Positions 1-7,961 of a DNA stretch of 14,829 bases are shown piece by piece (the stretch's first letter is position 1; the number at the start of each line of letters is the position of its first letter). The DNA lies in NCBI GenBank assembly GCA_045613785.1, contig JAZLBQ010000014.1:1-14829 (forward strand), read 5' to 3'. This stretch comes from Candidatus Enterousia sp. (lineage in GTDB: Bacteria; Pseudomonadota; Alphaproteobacteria; Rs-D84). The position numbers and the translations under genes are program-made. The notes under the pieces were generated by a model. That model was not told the origin of the DNA. It saw nothing but the letters and a program-made list of their open reading frames with translations, and did no database searches.

Positions 1-1
1 T

Positions 2-325
2 GGATTGGGTAATTTGGCGACGAAGAATATAGCAACTTCTGTTACATCTGCATCAACCGATACTGAGGCACCAAGTGCGAAGGCAGTTTATACTTATGTA
101 GAACAGGTTCGTGGTGAATTGAATGAGGGTGTTGCTGGTGAATTGGATGATATTGATTCGAGTAAGCAACCAAAGTCAACTGCCGATTTGCAGGCTGGAA
201 CGTCAAGTGGTGGATGGGCGACAATCCCAACGGCGTCTCCGTCGGTGGCTGGGTTGGCAAAGATTGGTGTTATCCCATCTGGGTCTGCAACATCGACAAC
301 CTATGCTACGATTTGGGTTGAATAA
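2..325 (+). CDS. C-terminal part of a Ser/Thr/Ala-rich putative fibre/surface protein (5' truncated)
   Basis: Frame is open from the window edge (GGA at 2-4) to TAA 323-325 and is followed by a terminator. Segments LGNLATK, STDTEAPSAKAV and IPTASPSVAGLAK resemble tail-fibre-type repeats. Confidence 0.65.
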   Translation, partial: GLGNLATKNIATSVTSASTDTEAPSAKAVYTYVEQVRGELNEGVAGELDDIDSSKQPKSTADLQAGTSSGGWATIPTASPSVAGLAKIGVIPSGSATSTTYATIWVE

Positions 326-327
326 TT

Positions 328-352
328 AAATCCCCCGTTTGGGGGATTTTTT
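328..352 (+). terminator. Intrinsic terminator
   Basis: AAATCCCCC-GTTT-GGGGGATTT plus T-run, 2 nt after the stop codon. Confidence 0.9.
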
Positions 353-845
353 GTTTTCATTTTATTGATTTTGTATTATTTTCTTATTTGTTTATGTTCT
401 GTATTTTCTTGGCTTTTGCGGATACTTATTTTTATGATTGTTGTTTTTTGTGGCTATGTCTTCTGTGTTTTTTTGTTTCTTGGTTTAGCAACTGACAAAT
501 AAGTTGCTTGTTGTTGTCCTGATTTGTGAATCCCTTAGGTGGAATATTTTTTTGTTTTATTGTTTCTACAATGCTAAAAAAAGGGAGAGGATTGTTGGGT
601 TGTTTTTATTCTTTCTGGTAACCAATTTTTATTCGAGCAATCTGGTTGTCTTTTGTGTCGTTATTATGGTTTATGTTTACCTTTGACAGAGGTGGAACTG
701 ATTTAGGTATTTTCATTTGTTTATATCTTAGATGGTGTTTAGTTATATTGTTTTTCAATATTATGATAATAGTCTATGATAGGTGGTGTTTTGTTTATCG
801 CTTGCTATAAAAATGTTTCTGCAATTTTTGTAAAGGAAAGGATAT

Positions 846-868
846 AAAACCCGTGGGTAGGCCACGGG
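846..868 (-). terminator. Intrinsic terminator of the YqaA-family gene
   Basis: Minus strand reads CCCGTGG-CCTAC-CCACGGG-TTTT, about 30 nt after the stop codon. Confidence 0.75.
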
Positions 869-900
869 GGGGTGATTGTCTTAAATTAAATGGGGGGCTG

Positions 901-1476
901 TTAAAATAGGCTGATTAGTCCAATGCCAAGGCCGGCAGCAACAATCGCACCGATTGTCAATGGCCAAAAGTATTTTTTTACAATGGCATTTGCACGTTCT
1001 TGGAAAAAATAAAGCAGGGCACCGACAATTGCAAAGCGGCCTGTGCGGAAAATGGCGGATACGGCAAGGAATATCCACATTGGATAACCGATAAAACCAA
1101 GCCATATCGCGAGTAATTTATATGGTATTGGTGTTACAGCAGTTAGAACGATTATCAATATGCCATATTTTGTGAACATTGGCTTTATTGTGCTGTCGAT
1201 TAGTTCCGGATTTGAAAATGTTTCTATGAGCCACATCCCAACAGAATCATACAACCACATACCAATTAGATATGCGATCGCACCACCAACCAAAGAGCCA
1301 AGTGCCGCTGCAACCGTTATCGGTAATGCACGACGTTTGTTCGCAATGATTGGTGGGGTCATAAATACTTCGGGGGGGATAAACAGGAATATGGATTCGC
1401 ATATCGTCAATAAAAATACAACCCAAGAATATGCTCGTGATTCTGATTTCTTTAAGATATATTCTGAAAATTTCAT
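901..1476 (-). CDS. yqaA: YqaA/DedA (SNARE-associated, VTT-domain) family membrane protein
   Basis: Motifs ESIFLFIPPE, GSLVGGAIAYLIG, TPIPYKL and RTGRF with several hydrophobic helices. ATG 1476 is preferred over TTG 1494 because GGGGGA lies upstream as an SD. Confidence 0.88.
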   Translation of the reverse strand: MKFSEYILKKSESRAYSWVVFLLTICESIFLFIPPEVFMTPPIIANKRRALPITVAAALGSLVGGAIAYLIGMWLYDSVGMWLIETFSNPELIDSTIKPMFTKYGILIIVLTAVTPIPYKLLAIWLGFIGYPMWIFLAVSAIFRTGRFAIVGALLYFFQERANAIVKKYFWPLTIGAIVAAGLGIGLISLF

Positions 1477-1511
1477 TCCAATCCCCCGTTTCAATCTGAA
1501 AAATTTACTTG

Positions 1512-1541
1512 ATTGTAATTTATTTTTTTATATTTTACAAT
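1512..1541. promoter_or_regulatory. Symmetric bidirectional sigma70-type promoter (yqaA / rbfA)
   Basis: + strand: TTGTAA(1513-1518)-17 nt-TACAAT(1536-1541). - strand: TTGTAA(1540-1535)-17 nt-TACAAT(1517-1512). Confidence 0.6.
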
Positions 1542-1571
1542 TAGTTTAGATCTAACAAAAGAACGAAAATA

Positions 1572-1925
1572 ATGCAAAAAAAACAATTTAATTCAAATCG
1601 TGGTGAACGTATCGCTAGTAAAGTTCAGACACTGGTTGCAGAAATTCTGCGTGATGATTATACAGACGATCCAATCGTTTCCGGGGTGTCGTTGGTCGGA
1701 AGTGTGGCACACGGTGGACTGCAATTTGTGCGGCTGTTCTTTTATTCAAGAAACGAAAATATTGAAGCTGTCCAGGCAAAGTTGGATTCTATTACACGGA
1801 CAGTTCGATTCGAGTTGGCAAGGCGTATGAATCAAAAATATGTGCCAGATATTAAATTTGCATATGATGATACGTTGGAAAAAGCATCACGAATTGATGA
1901 ATTACTGAATAATTTGGAAAAGTAA
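1572..1925 (+). CDS. rbfA: 30S ribosome-binding factor A
   Basis: 117 aa; N-terminal RGERIAS, C-terminal KYVPDIKFAYDDTLEKASRIDELL typical of RbfA. Confidence 0.9.
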   Translation: MQKKQFNSNRGERIASKVQTLVAEILRDDYTDDPIVSGVSLVGSVAHGGLQFVRLFFYSRNENIEAVQAKLDSITRTVRFELARRMNQKYVPDIKFAYDDTLEKASRIDELLNNLEK

Positions 1926-1926
1926 T

Positions 1927-2334
1927 ATGATTCGTCGGGTTTTGAAGGTTAGTGATTCTTTGCAATTGGATTGTTATAATATTGCAAATTCTTCTGTTGG
2001 TGATGCGGATATGATTTATTATACGATTCGTGAACAGGTCAATAATGATGGATATGTGCTGTTTGTTTCAGAAGAAAATAGTTATATGCGTGGATTTGTC
2101 TTAGGTCATCAAGAGCGTGATTTGGGACGGGTTGATAGGTTGTATGTTGATAAGAGATATCATCGACAGGGAATAGGAACTTCTTTGCTGAAAGCATATG
2201 AGATTTACGCTAAGGAACAAGGGGCAAAACGTGTGGTTTTGTGTTCAAGGGCATCTGTTCAAGCGAAAAAATTTTATGAAAAAAATGGCTATCTGAGAAT
2301 CGCAAAAGATAGATTTATGGGAAAAAATTTGTAA
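1927..2334 (+). CDS. GNAT family N-acetyltransferase
   Basis: Acetyl-CoA motif A LYVDKRYHRQGIGTSLL and motif B AKKFYEKNGY. Confidence 0.9.
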   Translation: MIRRVLKVSDSLQLDCYNIANSSVGDADMIYYTIREQVNNDGYVLFVSEENSYMRGFVLGHQERDLGRVDRLYVDKRYHRQGIGTSLLKAYEIYAKEQGAKRVVLCSRASVQAKKFYEKNGYLRIAKDRFMGKNL

Positions 2335-2343
2335 AAATTCACC

Positions 2344-2375
2344 TTGATAATGCGGCAATCATATACTAGTATATG
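2344..2375 (+). promoter_or_regulatory. Putative lepA promoter with overlapping 16-bp palindrome
   Basis: TTGATA(2344-2349)-17 nt-TAGTAT(2367-2372); perfect palindrome CATATACTAGTATATG at 2360-2375. Confidence 0.55.
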
Positions 2376-2399
2376 CTGGTCAAACATAGGTGTTTTTGT

Positions 2400-4193
2400 A
2401 TGAAGCAATCTAATATCCGTAATTTTTCTATTGTTGCACATATTGATCACGGTAAATCGACCTTGTCAGACAGGTTGATTGAATTTACAGGTGGGTTGCA
2501 ATCACGTGAAATGAAAGCACAAGTTCTGGATTCTATGGACATTGAACGTGAACGGGGAATTACAATCAAGGCACAAACAGTGCGATTGAATTACAGGGCT
2601 AAAAATGGTGAAGAATATCAATTAAATTTGATGGATACTCCTGGACATGTGGACTTTTCATACGAGGTTTCTCGGTCGTTGGCAGCTTGCGAAGGAGCGT
2701 TAGTTCTGGTTGATGCAACACAAGGTGTTCAGGCACAGACATTGGCAAATGCATATCTGGCGTTGGATAATGATTTGGAAATGTTGCCAGTATTAAACAA
2801 AATCGATTTGCCATCAAGTGATGTTGCAGCAACACGTGAACAAATTGCAGATGTTATTGGGTTAGATGCAGATGAAGCATTGGCTGTTTCTGGCAAAACA
2901 GGTGATGGAGTGCCGGAACTGTTAGAAGAAATTGTAAATAAGTTGCCTGCACCACATGGTGATGAAAATGCAAGCACACGGGCATTGTTGGTCGATTCGT
3001 GGTATGATTCTTATTTGGGCGTTGTGATTCTGGTGCGTGTTGTTGACGGAACGTTAAAACGTGGGCAAAAAATAAAGTTCATGGCAACAGGTGCAGAATA
3101 TGTTGTCGATAAAATCGGATACTTTACCCCAAAGATGGTCAACGTTGATGAATTGCAGACAGGGGAAATCGGATTTATTATCACAGGTATGAAGACTATT
3201 CACGACTGTAAGGTCGGAGATACAATTATTGATGCACGTTGTGAAAATGCACAAATGTTGCCCGGATTTAAGCCGTCTGTGCCAGTGGTGTTTTCGTCTT
3301 TCTTTCCAGTAGAGGCAGATGATTATCCGACATTTCGTGAAAGTGCAGAAAAGTTGGCGTTAAATGATGCGTCTTTTATGTTTACTGTTGAAAAGTCGTC
3401 TGCGTTGGGTTTTGGGTTGCGGTGCGGTTTTTTGGGACTGCTGCATATGGAAATTATTAGTGAAAGATTATCTCGTGAATTTAATCTGAATCTTATAAAT
3501 ACTGTTCCAAGTGTGTTATATAAAATCCATTTGCGTGATGGGTCCGTGATTGACTTGGAAAATCCAGCTGATATGCCAGAACCTACAAAAATTGCGTCTA
3601 TTGAAGAACCCTGGGTTCGTGCAACGATTATGATGCCTGATAAATATATGGGCGGAATTATGTCGCTGTGTTCAGAACGTCGGGGCGTTCAAGAAAATAT
3701 TTCTTATGTCGGAAATCGTGCAGTTTTGGTTTATCAATTGCCACTGGCGGAAATTGTTTTTGATTTCTATGACAGGGTAAAATCTATTTCATCAGGATAT
3801 GCGTCGTTTGATTATGTCGTGTATGGATATCAGGCTTCTGATTTGGTCAAGGTCAATATCTTGGTAAATGAGGAGAATGTAGAGCCGTTGTCGTTTATGT
3901 GTCATCGGTCGTTTGCTGAAAAAAGAGGACGTCAGATTGTCGAAAAATTAAAAGATTTAATTCCAAGACATCAATTCAAAATACCTTTGCAGGCAGCTAT
4001 CGGTGGTAAAATTATCGCACGTGAAACAATCGCAGCATATCGCAAAGATGTTACTGCAAAGTGCTATGGCGGGGATATTACTCGTAAACGTAAATTGCTG
4101 GAAAAACAAAAAGAAGGTAAAAAACGTATGCGGTCGTTCGGAAATGTGGAAATCCCACAGTCGGCGTTCATCAATGCGTTAAAGGTATCGTAA
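2400..4193 (+). CDS. lepA: Translation elongation factor 4 (LepA)
   Basis: [41 protein letters not shown] and C-terminal [27 protein letters not shown] 2400 is preferred (AGGTG upstream; matches the usual N-terminus). Confidence 0.98.
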   Translation: MKQSNIRNFSIVAHIDHGKSTLSDRLIEFTGGLQSREMKAQVLDSMDIERERGITIKAQTVRLNYRAKNGEEYQLNLMDTPGHVDFSYEVSRSLAACEGALVLVDATQGVQAQTLANAYLALDNDLEMLPVLNKIDLPSSDVAATREQIADVIGLDADEALAVSGKTGDGVPELLEEIVNKLPAPHGDENASTRALLVDSWYDSYLGVVILVRVVDGTLKRGQKIKFMATGAEYVVDKIGYFTPKMVNVDELQTGEIGFIITGMKTIHDCKVGDTIIDARCENAQMLPGFKPSVPVVFSSFFPVEADDYPTFRESAEKLALNDASFMFTVEKSSALGFGLRCGFLGLLHMEIISERLSREFNLNLINTVPSVLYKIHLRDGSVIDLENPADMPEPTKIASIEEPWVRATIMMPDKYMGGIMSLCSERRGVQENISYVGNRAVLVYQLPLAEIVFDFYDRVKSISSGYASFDYVVYGYQASDLVKVNILVNEENVEPLSFMCHRSFAEKRGRQIVEKLKDLIPRHQFKIPLQAAIGGKIIARETIAAYRKDVTAKCYGGDITRKRKLLEKQKEGKKRMRSFGNVEIPQSAFINALKVS

Positions 4194-4211
4194 AATAAAG
4201 GTAAGAAAAAA

Positions 4212-4568
4212 ATGAGTTTTTGTTCGTATGTTATTAAAACACCAATGTCTCAGATTAGAGAAGACTGGAATGAGTTTGTGTCTTTGGTGCAGAAGGGGCG
4301 TTTTTTGGATAAGGAATGTAAGTATGTTGGAAAAAAATTGTATATAAATAAATCTGAACCATATGGCTGCATCGTTCGTGTTGAACCACAGGTAAAGGGT
4401 GGTGCACAAGTCAAGTATTGTGAAAACTTTTTTAAGACATCTTGTGATTGTTTGGAATGTCCGTCTGTTTGTAAGCATAACAGATATTGGCAGTTGATGC
4501 ATGAAAGAAAAGAAGTAATTACAAAAAAAGCAGAATTCTGGGAAAAGAAATTTCAGAATGTAAAATAA
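4212..4568 (+). CDS. Hypothetical Cys-rich protein
   Basis: 118-aa ORF filling the gap between lepA and the next gene; AAGG upstream; 8 Cys, clustered in YCENFFKTSCDCLECPSVCKH. Confidence 0.75.
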   Translation: MSFCSYVIKTPMSQIREDWNEFVSLVQKGRFLDKECKYVGKKLYINKSEPYGCIVRVEPQVKGGAQVKYCENFFKTSCDCLECPSVCKHNRYWQLMHERKEVITKKAEFWEKKFQNVK

Positions 4569-4590
4569 ATATATAACAAAGGGGTGGCCA

Positions 4591-5598
4591 ATGGCACACC
4601 AGTTCTATTTTAATCCGTATATCCTGGATAACCTGCCGGCACCAGTTAGTGGCTTTGATGTTGTTCAGGATATTTCAGAACCAAGACTGCGTATGTATAT
4701 AACTAGTCGTGGTATTAAAACCTTTTTTGTGCGTAAACGTGTGCGTGGAAAAGATAAACGGATTTTAATTGGTAAGTATCCAGATGTTGATATCGAAGAT
4801 GCACGCAGTGCTGTGCCACAGATTCTGGATAATGCTATGAAAAAGCCACCCGTGCGTCGAAAAAAAATTACTTTCAAACAGTTTGTTGATTTGTATCTGG
4901 CTAATAAGGTTAGAAGAAGTGAAGATTCGTATGTGAAACTTGTTCGGGCAATAAATCGTCATTTGTCAGGACTGTTTCATAAAAGAATTTGCGAAGTAAA
5001 TTCGATTGATATTAGGGCAACAGTTGCAACTATAGAAGGCAAGGCGATTGCAGCAAGAATGCAGGAATTGCTGCAGAGTATTTTTAACTATGCAATTGAA
5101 ATGGGCTATGTAAAAAATAACCCAGTTTTAGAAGTTGAAAAAATCGTTCAAAATAGACGACGTCGCCCGTTAAACAGGGCAGGGTTGCAACGTTTGTTTC
5201 AGAAGATTGATGAAATGACTGACCAGACGTTGAGAGCTGCTTTCTTGATGTTGATATATGGCTTTGCACCACGTTCGAAAATATTTTCTATGGCGTGGGA
5301 AGATTTAGATTTTAATCACGATATGTGGAATGGTTGGCCGTTGTCAGACAGGGCAATCGTATTGTTACAAGATTTGCCACAAGATGGTCAATGGGTCTTT
5401 CCTGGACGGGGTGGAATGCATTTGATGGATCCACGGACTGCGTGGCGACGGGTCGCAGAAAGTGCGGGAATCCCTAATTTGACAATGGATGATGTCTATA
5501 AATTCTTAATGCGACAGGTTCGTTGGGCATCGGATAAAGACGATTTTAGAGCAAACTTAAATACCTTGTTAGATGATATTTTTATCGAAGAATTTTAA
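4591..5598 (+). CDS. Tyrosine recombinase/integrase-like protein with arm-DNA-binding domain; catalytic site degenerate
   Basis: Arm domain (LRMYITSRGIKTFFVR...RILIGKYPDVDIEDAR), core-binding end (LQSIFNYAIEMGYVKNNP), catalytic scaffold (WEDLDF, PLSDRAI, WVFPG, AGIPNL); SD AAGGGG upstream. Confidence 0.88.
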   Translation: MAHQFYFNPYILDNLPAPVSGFDVVQDISEPRLRMYITSRGIKTFFVRKRVRGKDKRILIGKYPDVDIEDARSAVPQILDNAMKKPPVRRKKITFKQFVDLYLANKVRRSEDSYVKLVRAINRHLSGLFHKRICEVNSIDIRATVATIEGKAIAARMQELLQSIFNYAIEMGYVKNNPVLEVEKIVQNRRRRPLNRAGLQRLFQKIDEMTDQTLRAAFLMLIYGFAPRSKIFSMAWEDLDFNHDMWNGWPLSDRAIVLLQDLPQDGQWVFPGRGGMHLMDPRTAWRRVAESAGIPNLTMDDVYKFLMRQVRWASDKDDFRANLNTLLDDIFIEEF

Positions 5599-5607
5599 TT
5601 TTGCTTT

Positions 5608-5636
5608 TTGTCAACTTTGTTATTGTTTGTTATAAT
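5608..5636 (+). promoter_or_regulatory. acpP promoter P1
   Basis: TTGTCA-17 nt-TATAAT with extended -10 TG at 5628-5629. Confidence 0.7.
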
Positions 5637-5639
5637 TCC

Positions 5640-5668
5640 TTGACAGGCCCTTTGGAAAATGATAGTTT
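5640..5668 (+). promoter_or_regulatory. acpP promoter P2
   Basis: TTGACA-17 nt-TAGTTT with extended -10 TG at 5660-5661. Confidence 0.65.
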
Positions 5669-5727
5669 AGTGGGTAATGACGGTCATGGTATGGACCAAA
5701 CAATTTAACAAAAATAAAGGAAAAGAA

Positions 5728-5964
5728 ATGACAACTTTTGAAAAAGTAAAAAAAATCGTAGCTGAAAAACTGGGTGTGCCAGAGGAAAAAGTTACAGAAG
5801 AAGCAGCATTCGTTAATGATTTGGGTGCAGATTCTTTGGACGTTGTTGAATTCGTTATGGAAGTTGAAAAAGAATTTGATATCACAATTCCTGATGATGC
5901 AGCTGCAAAATTGGAAAAAGTTGGTGATGCAGTTAAATATATCGAAGAAAACAAGAAAAACTAA
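5728..5964 (+). CDS. acpP: Acyl carrier protein
   Basis: 78 aa, acidic; phosphopantetheine motif [11 protein letters not shown]; SD AAGGA before ATG 5728. Confidence 0.97.
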   Translation: MTTFEKVKKIVAEKLGVPEEKVTEEAAFVNDLGADSLDVVEFVMEVEKEFDITIPDDAAAKLEKVGDAVKYIEENKKN

Positions 5965-5989
5965 TTTTTGTTTCTAGATGTTTAATTCC

Positions 5990-6024
5990 CCGTCTGCGCT
6001 GGTTGGTGCAGACGGATTTTTTTT
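5990..6024 (+). terminator. Intrinsic terminator between acpP and fabF
   Basis: CCGTCTGCGCT-GGTT-GGTGCAGACGG followed by A and T8. Confidence 0.88.
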
Positions 6025-6101
6025 CTGTATTTTCGGCAATAAAATGTTTATCATAGTGCTGTATGTTAGTTATGTTGAACGATTATAAAGGAAACTAAAT
6101 T

Positions 6102-7349
6102 ATGAAAAGAGTTGTTATTACCGGTATGGGAATTGTTTCACCAGTGGGAACTGGACTTGAATATGCATGGAAAAATGTTGTCGCCGGTAAATCAGGGGTT
6201 AAAAAAATTGATTCTTTTGAAGTGTCGGATTTAGCATCGCAAATCGCAGGTCTTCCACAGGTCGGAACAGAACCAGGACAGTATAATCCAGATGCAGTCG
6301 TTGAACCTCGTGAACAGCGTAAGTTGGATAAGTATGCGTTGTATGGAATTGTTGCAGCAGACGAAGCAATTAAGGATGCAGGTCTGGATAAATACGAAGG
6401 TGATAAAAATCGTATCGGTGTAGCAATCGGCAGTGGTATCGGTGGGTTTAATACAATTTATGAAAATTGTATCGAATTACACGAAGGTGGACCACGCAGA
6501 GTTAGTCCGTTCTTTATCCCAAAGGGGATTATCAATATGGCTGCTGGTAATATTTCTATTAAATATGGATTAAAAGGTCCAAATATTTCTGTGGTGACTG
6601 CTTGTGCAACAGGGGCACACTCAATCGGTGAAGCAATGCGTATGATTAAATATGGCGATGCTGATATTATGGTTTGTGGTGGAACAGAAGGTGCAGTTAG
6701 TCGTATTGCATTGGCTGGGTTTTCATCAATGCGTGCATTAAGCACACGTAATGATGTACCAGAGGCAGCATCACGTCCATGGGATAAAAATCGTGATGGA
6801 TTTATTATGGCAGAAGGTGCTGGTGTTCTGGTTTTGGAAGAATATGAACATGCTGTTGCACGTGGGGCAAAAATCTATGCTGAGGTTGCAGGCTATGGTA
6901 TGTCAAGTGATGCATATCATATTACAGCACCTGCACCAAATGGTGAAGGGGGCAAGCGTGCAATGATTGCGGCATTAAATGATGCAGGTTTAACGCCAGC
7001 AGATGTTGATTATGTCAATGCACATGGGACTTCGACTGGTTTGGGAGATGTTGGTGAATTGGCAGCTGTTCAGGAATTGTTCGGTGATATGTCAGTGTCA
7101 ATGTCTTCAACAAAGTCTGTGACAGGACATTTGTTAGGTGCGGCCGGTGCAGTAGAAGCAATCTTCTGTGCGTTGGCGATTCGTGATGGTGTTGTGCCAC
7201 CAACAATCAATCTGGATGAACCAGAAGATGTGGTTGGTAATTTTGACTTGGTTCCGCACAAGGCTAAAGAACGCAAGGTTGATGTTGCAATCAGCAATTC
7301 GTTTGGGTTTGGTGGAACAAATGCCAGTATTGTTCTGAAAAAAATCTAA
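6102..7349 (+). CDS. fabF: Beta-ketoacyl-ACP synthase II
   Basis: RVVITGMG start; Cys-His-His triad contexts TACATG, NAHGTST and GHLLGAAG; C-terminal SNSFGFGGTN. Confidence 0.97.
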   Translation: MKRVVITGMGIVSPVGTGLEYAWKNVVAGKSGVKKIDSFEVSDLASQIAGLPQVGTEPGQYNPDAVVEPREQRKLDKYALYGIVAADEAIKDAGLDKYEGDKNRIGVAIGSGIGGFNTIYENCIELHEGGPRRVSPFFIPKGIINMAAGNISIKYGLKGPNISVVTACATGAHSIGEAMRMIKYGDADIMVCGGTEGAVSRIALAGFSSMRALSTRNDVPEAASRPWDKNRDGFIMAEGAGVLVLEEYEHAVARGAKIYAEVAGYGMSSDAYHITAPAPNGEGGKRAMIAALNDAGLTPADVDYVNAHGTSTGLGDVGELAAVQELFGDMSVSMSSTKSVTGHLLGAAGAVEAIFCALAIRDGVVPPTINLDEPEDVVGNFDLVPHKAKERKVDVAISNSFGFGGTNASIVLKKI

Positions 7350-7375
7350 GTGATTGTTTTTGAACGGAGTTTGAA

Positions 7376-7696
7376 ATGAATTATGAAACATTGAAGAAGT
7401 TGTTGACTGTGTCAAACCCAAGATGTTGGGTTAATGGCAAGAAGGTTGCGATGGATAATGGTGTGGCTGTTTGGGAATATGACTTTGGTGGTATAGGCAG
7501 TCCGCATGTTGTTGTTCGTGGCGTGGATTCAAATAATCCTAAATTGCAATTTTCTTCAAGTGCATACGGTGTGTTTGTAGATGGAAAAAAGTTGGAAATG
7601 GAAAAATCGCAGTATCTGGAATTGTTTGGTCAGGCGGGATATTTGTTTTCTGTTGTCCAGCCAACAAAATTAAAACAGCAAACACAAAATCGTTAA
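7376..7696 (+). CDS. Hypothetical protein
   Basis: 106-aa ORF with GGAG SD, immediately followed by a terminator; no family recognised. Confidence 0.75.
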   Translation: MNYETLKKLLTVSNPRCWVNGKKVAMDNGVAVWEYDFGGIGSPHVVVRGVDSNNPKLQFSSSAYGVFVDGKKLEMEKSQYLELFGQAGYLFSVVQPTKLKQQTQNR

Positions 7697-7698
7697 AG

Positions 7699-7723
7699 AA
7701 ATCCCCGTTTGGGGATTTTTTTT
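7699..7723 (+). terminator. Intrinsic terminator
   Basis: AAATCCCC-GTTT-GGGGATTT plus T-run. Confidence 0.9.
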
Positions 7724-7727
7724 GCGG

Positions 7728-7756
7728 TTGATTTTTTTATGACTTGGTTGCATAAT
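7728..7756 (+). promoter_or_regulatory. tRNA promoter
   Basis: TTGATT-17 nt-CATAAT followed by GC-rich discriminator CGTGGCG. Confidence 0.65.
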
Positions 7757-7772
7757 CGTGGCGTTTGGTTTA

Positions 7773-7849
<77 letters not shown>

Positions 7850-7858
7850 GATTTTTGT

Positions 7859-7883
7859 GCATCGTGTTTTACGATGCTTTTTT
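7859..7883 (+). terminator. tRNA terminator
   Basis: GCATCGT-GTTTT-ACGATGC-TTTTTT. Confidence 0.85.
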
Positions 7884-7904
7884 AAAAAAAAATTTGTTTT
7901 TTAT

Positions 7905-7933
7905 TTGTATTTTGACATATCGCACATTATATT
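7905..7933 (+). promoter_or_regulatory. Putative promoter of the acyl-CoA synthetase gene
   Basis: TTGTAT-17 nt-TATATT; very AT-rich context weakens the call. Confidence 0.4.
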
Positions 7934-7961
7934 ATTTTCTGCATAGGAAAAAGGAATAAAT

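Noticed and set aside
504-686. 60-aa hydrophobic ORF on + strand
   Set aside because: TTG start, no SD; hydrophobicity follows from the T-rich composition
353-845. Replication origin in the AT-rich spacer
   Set aside because: No clear DnaA-box cluster or CtrA TTAA-N7-TTAA site seen
6053-6080. dif-like site (TTATGTTGAAC resembles an XerD arm)
   Set aside because: No plausible XerC arm; it lies in the fabF upstream region
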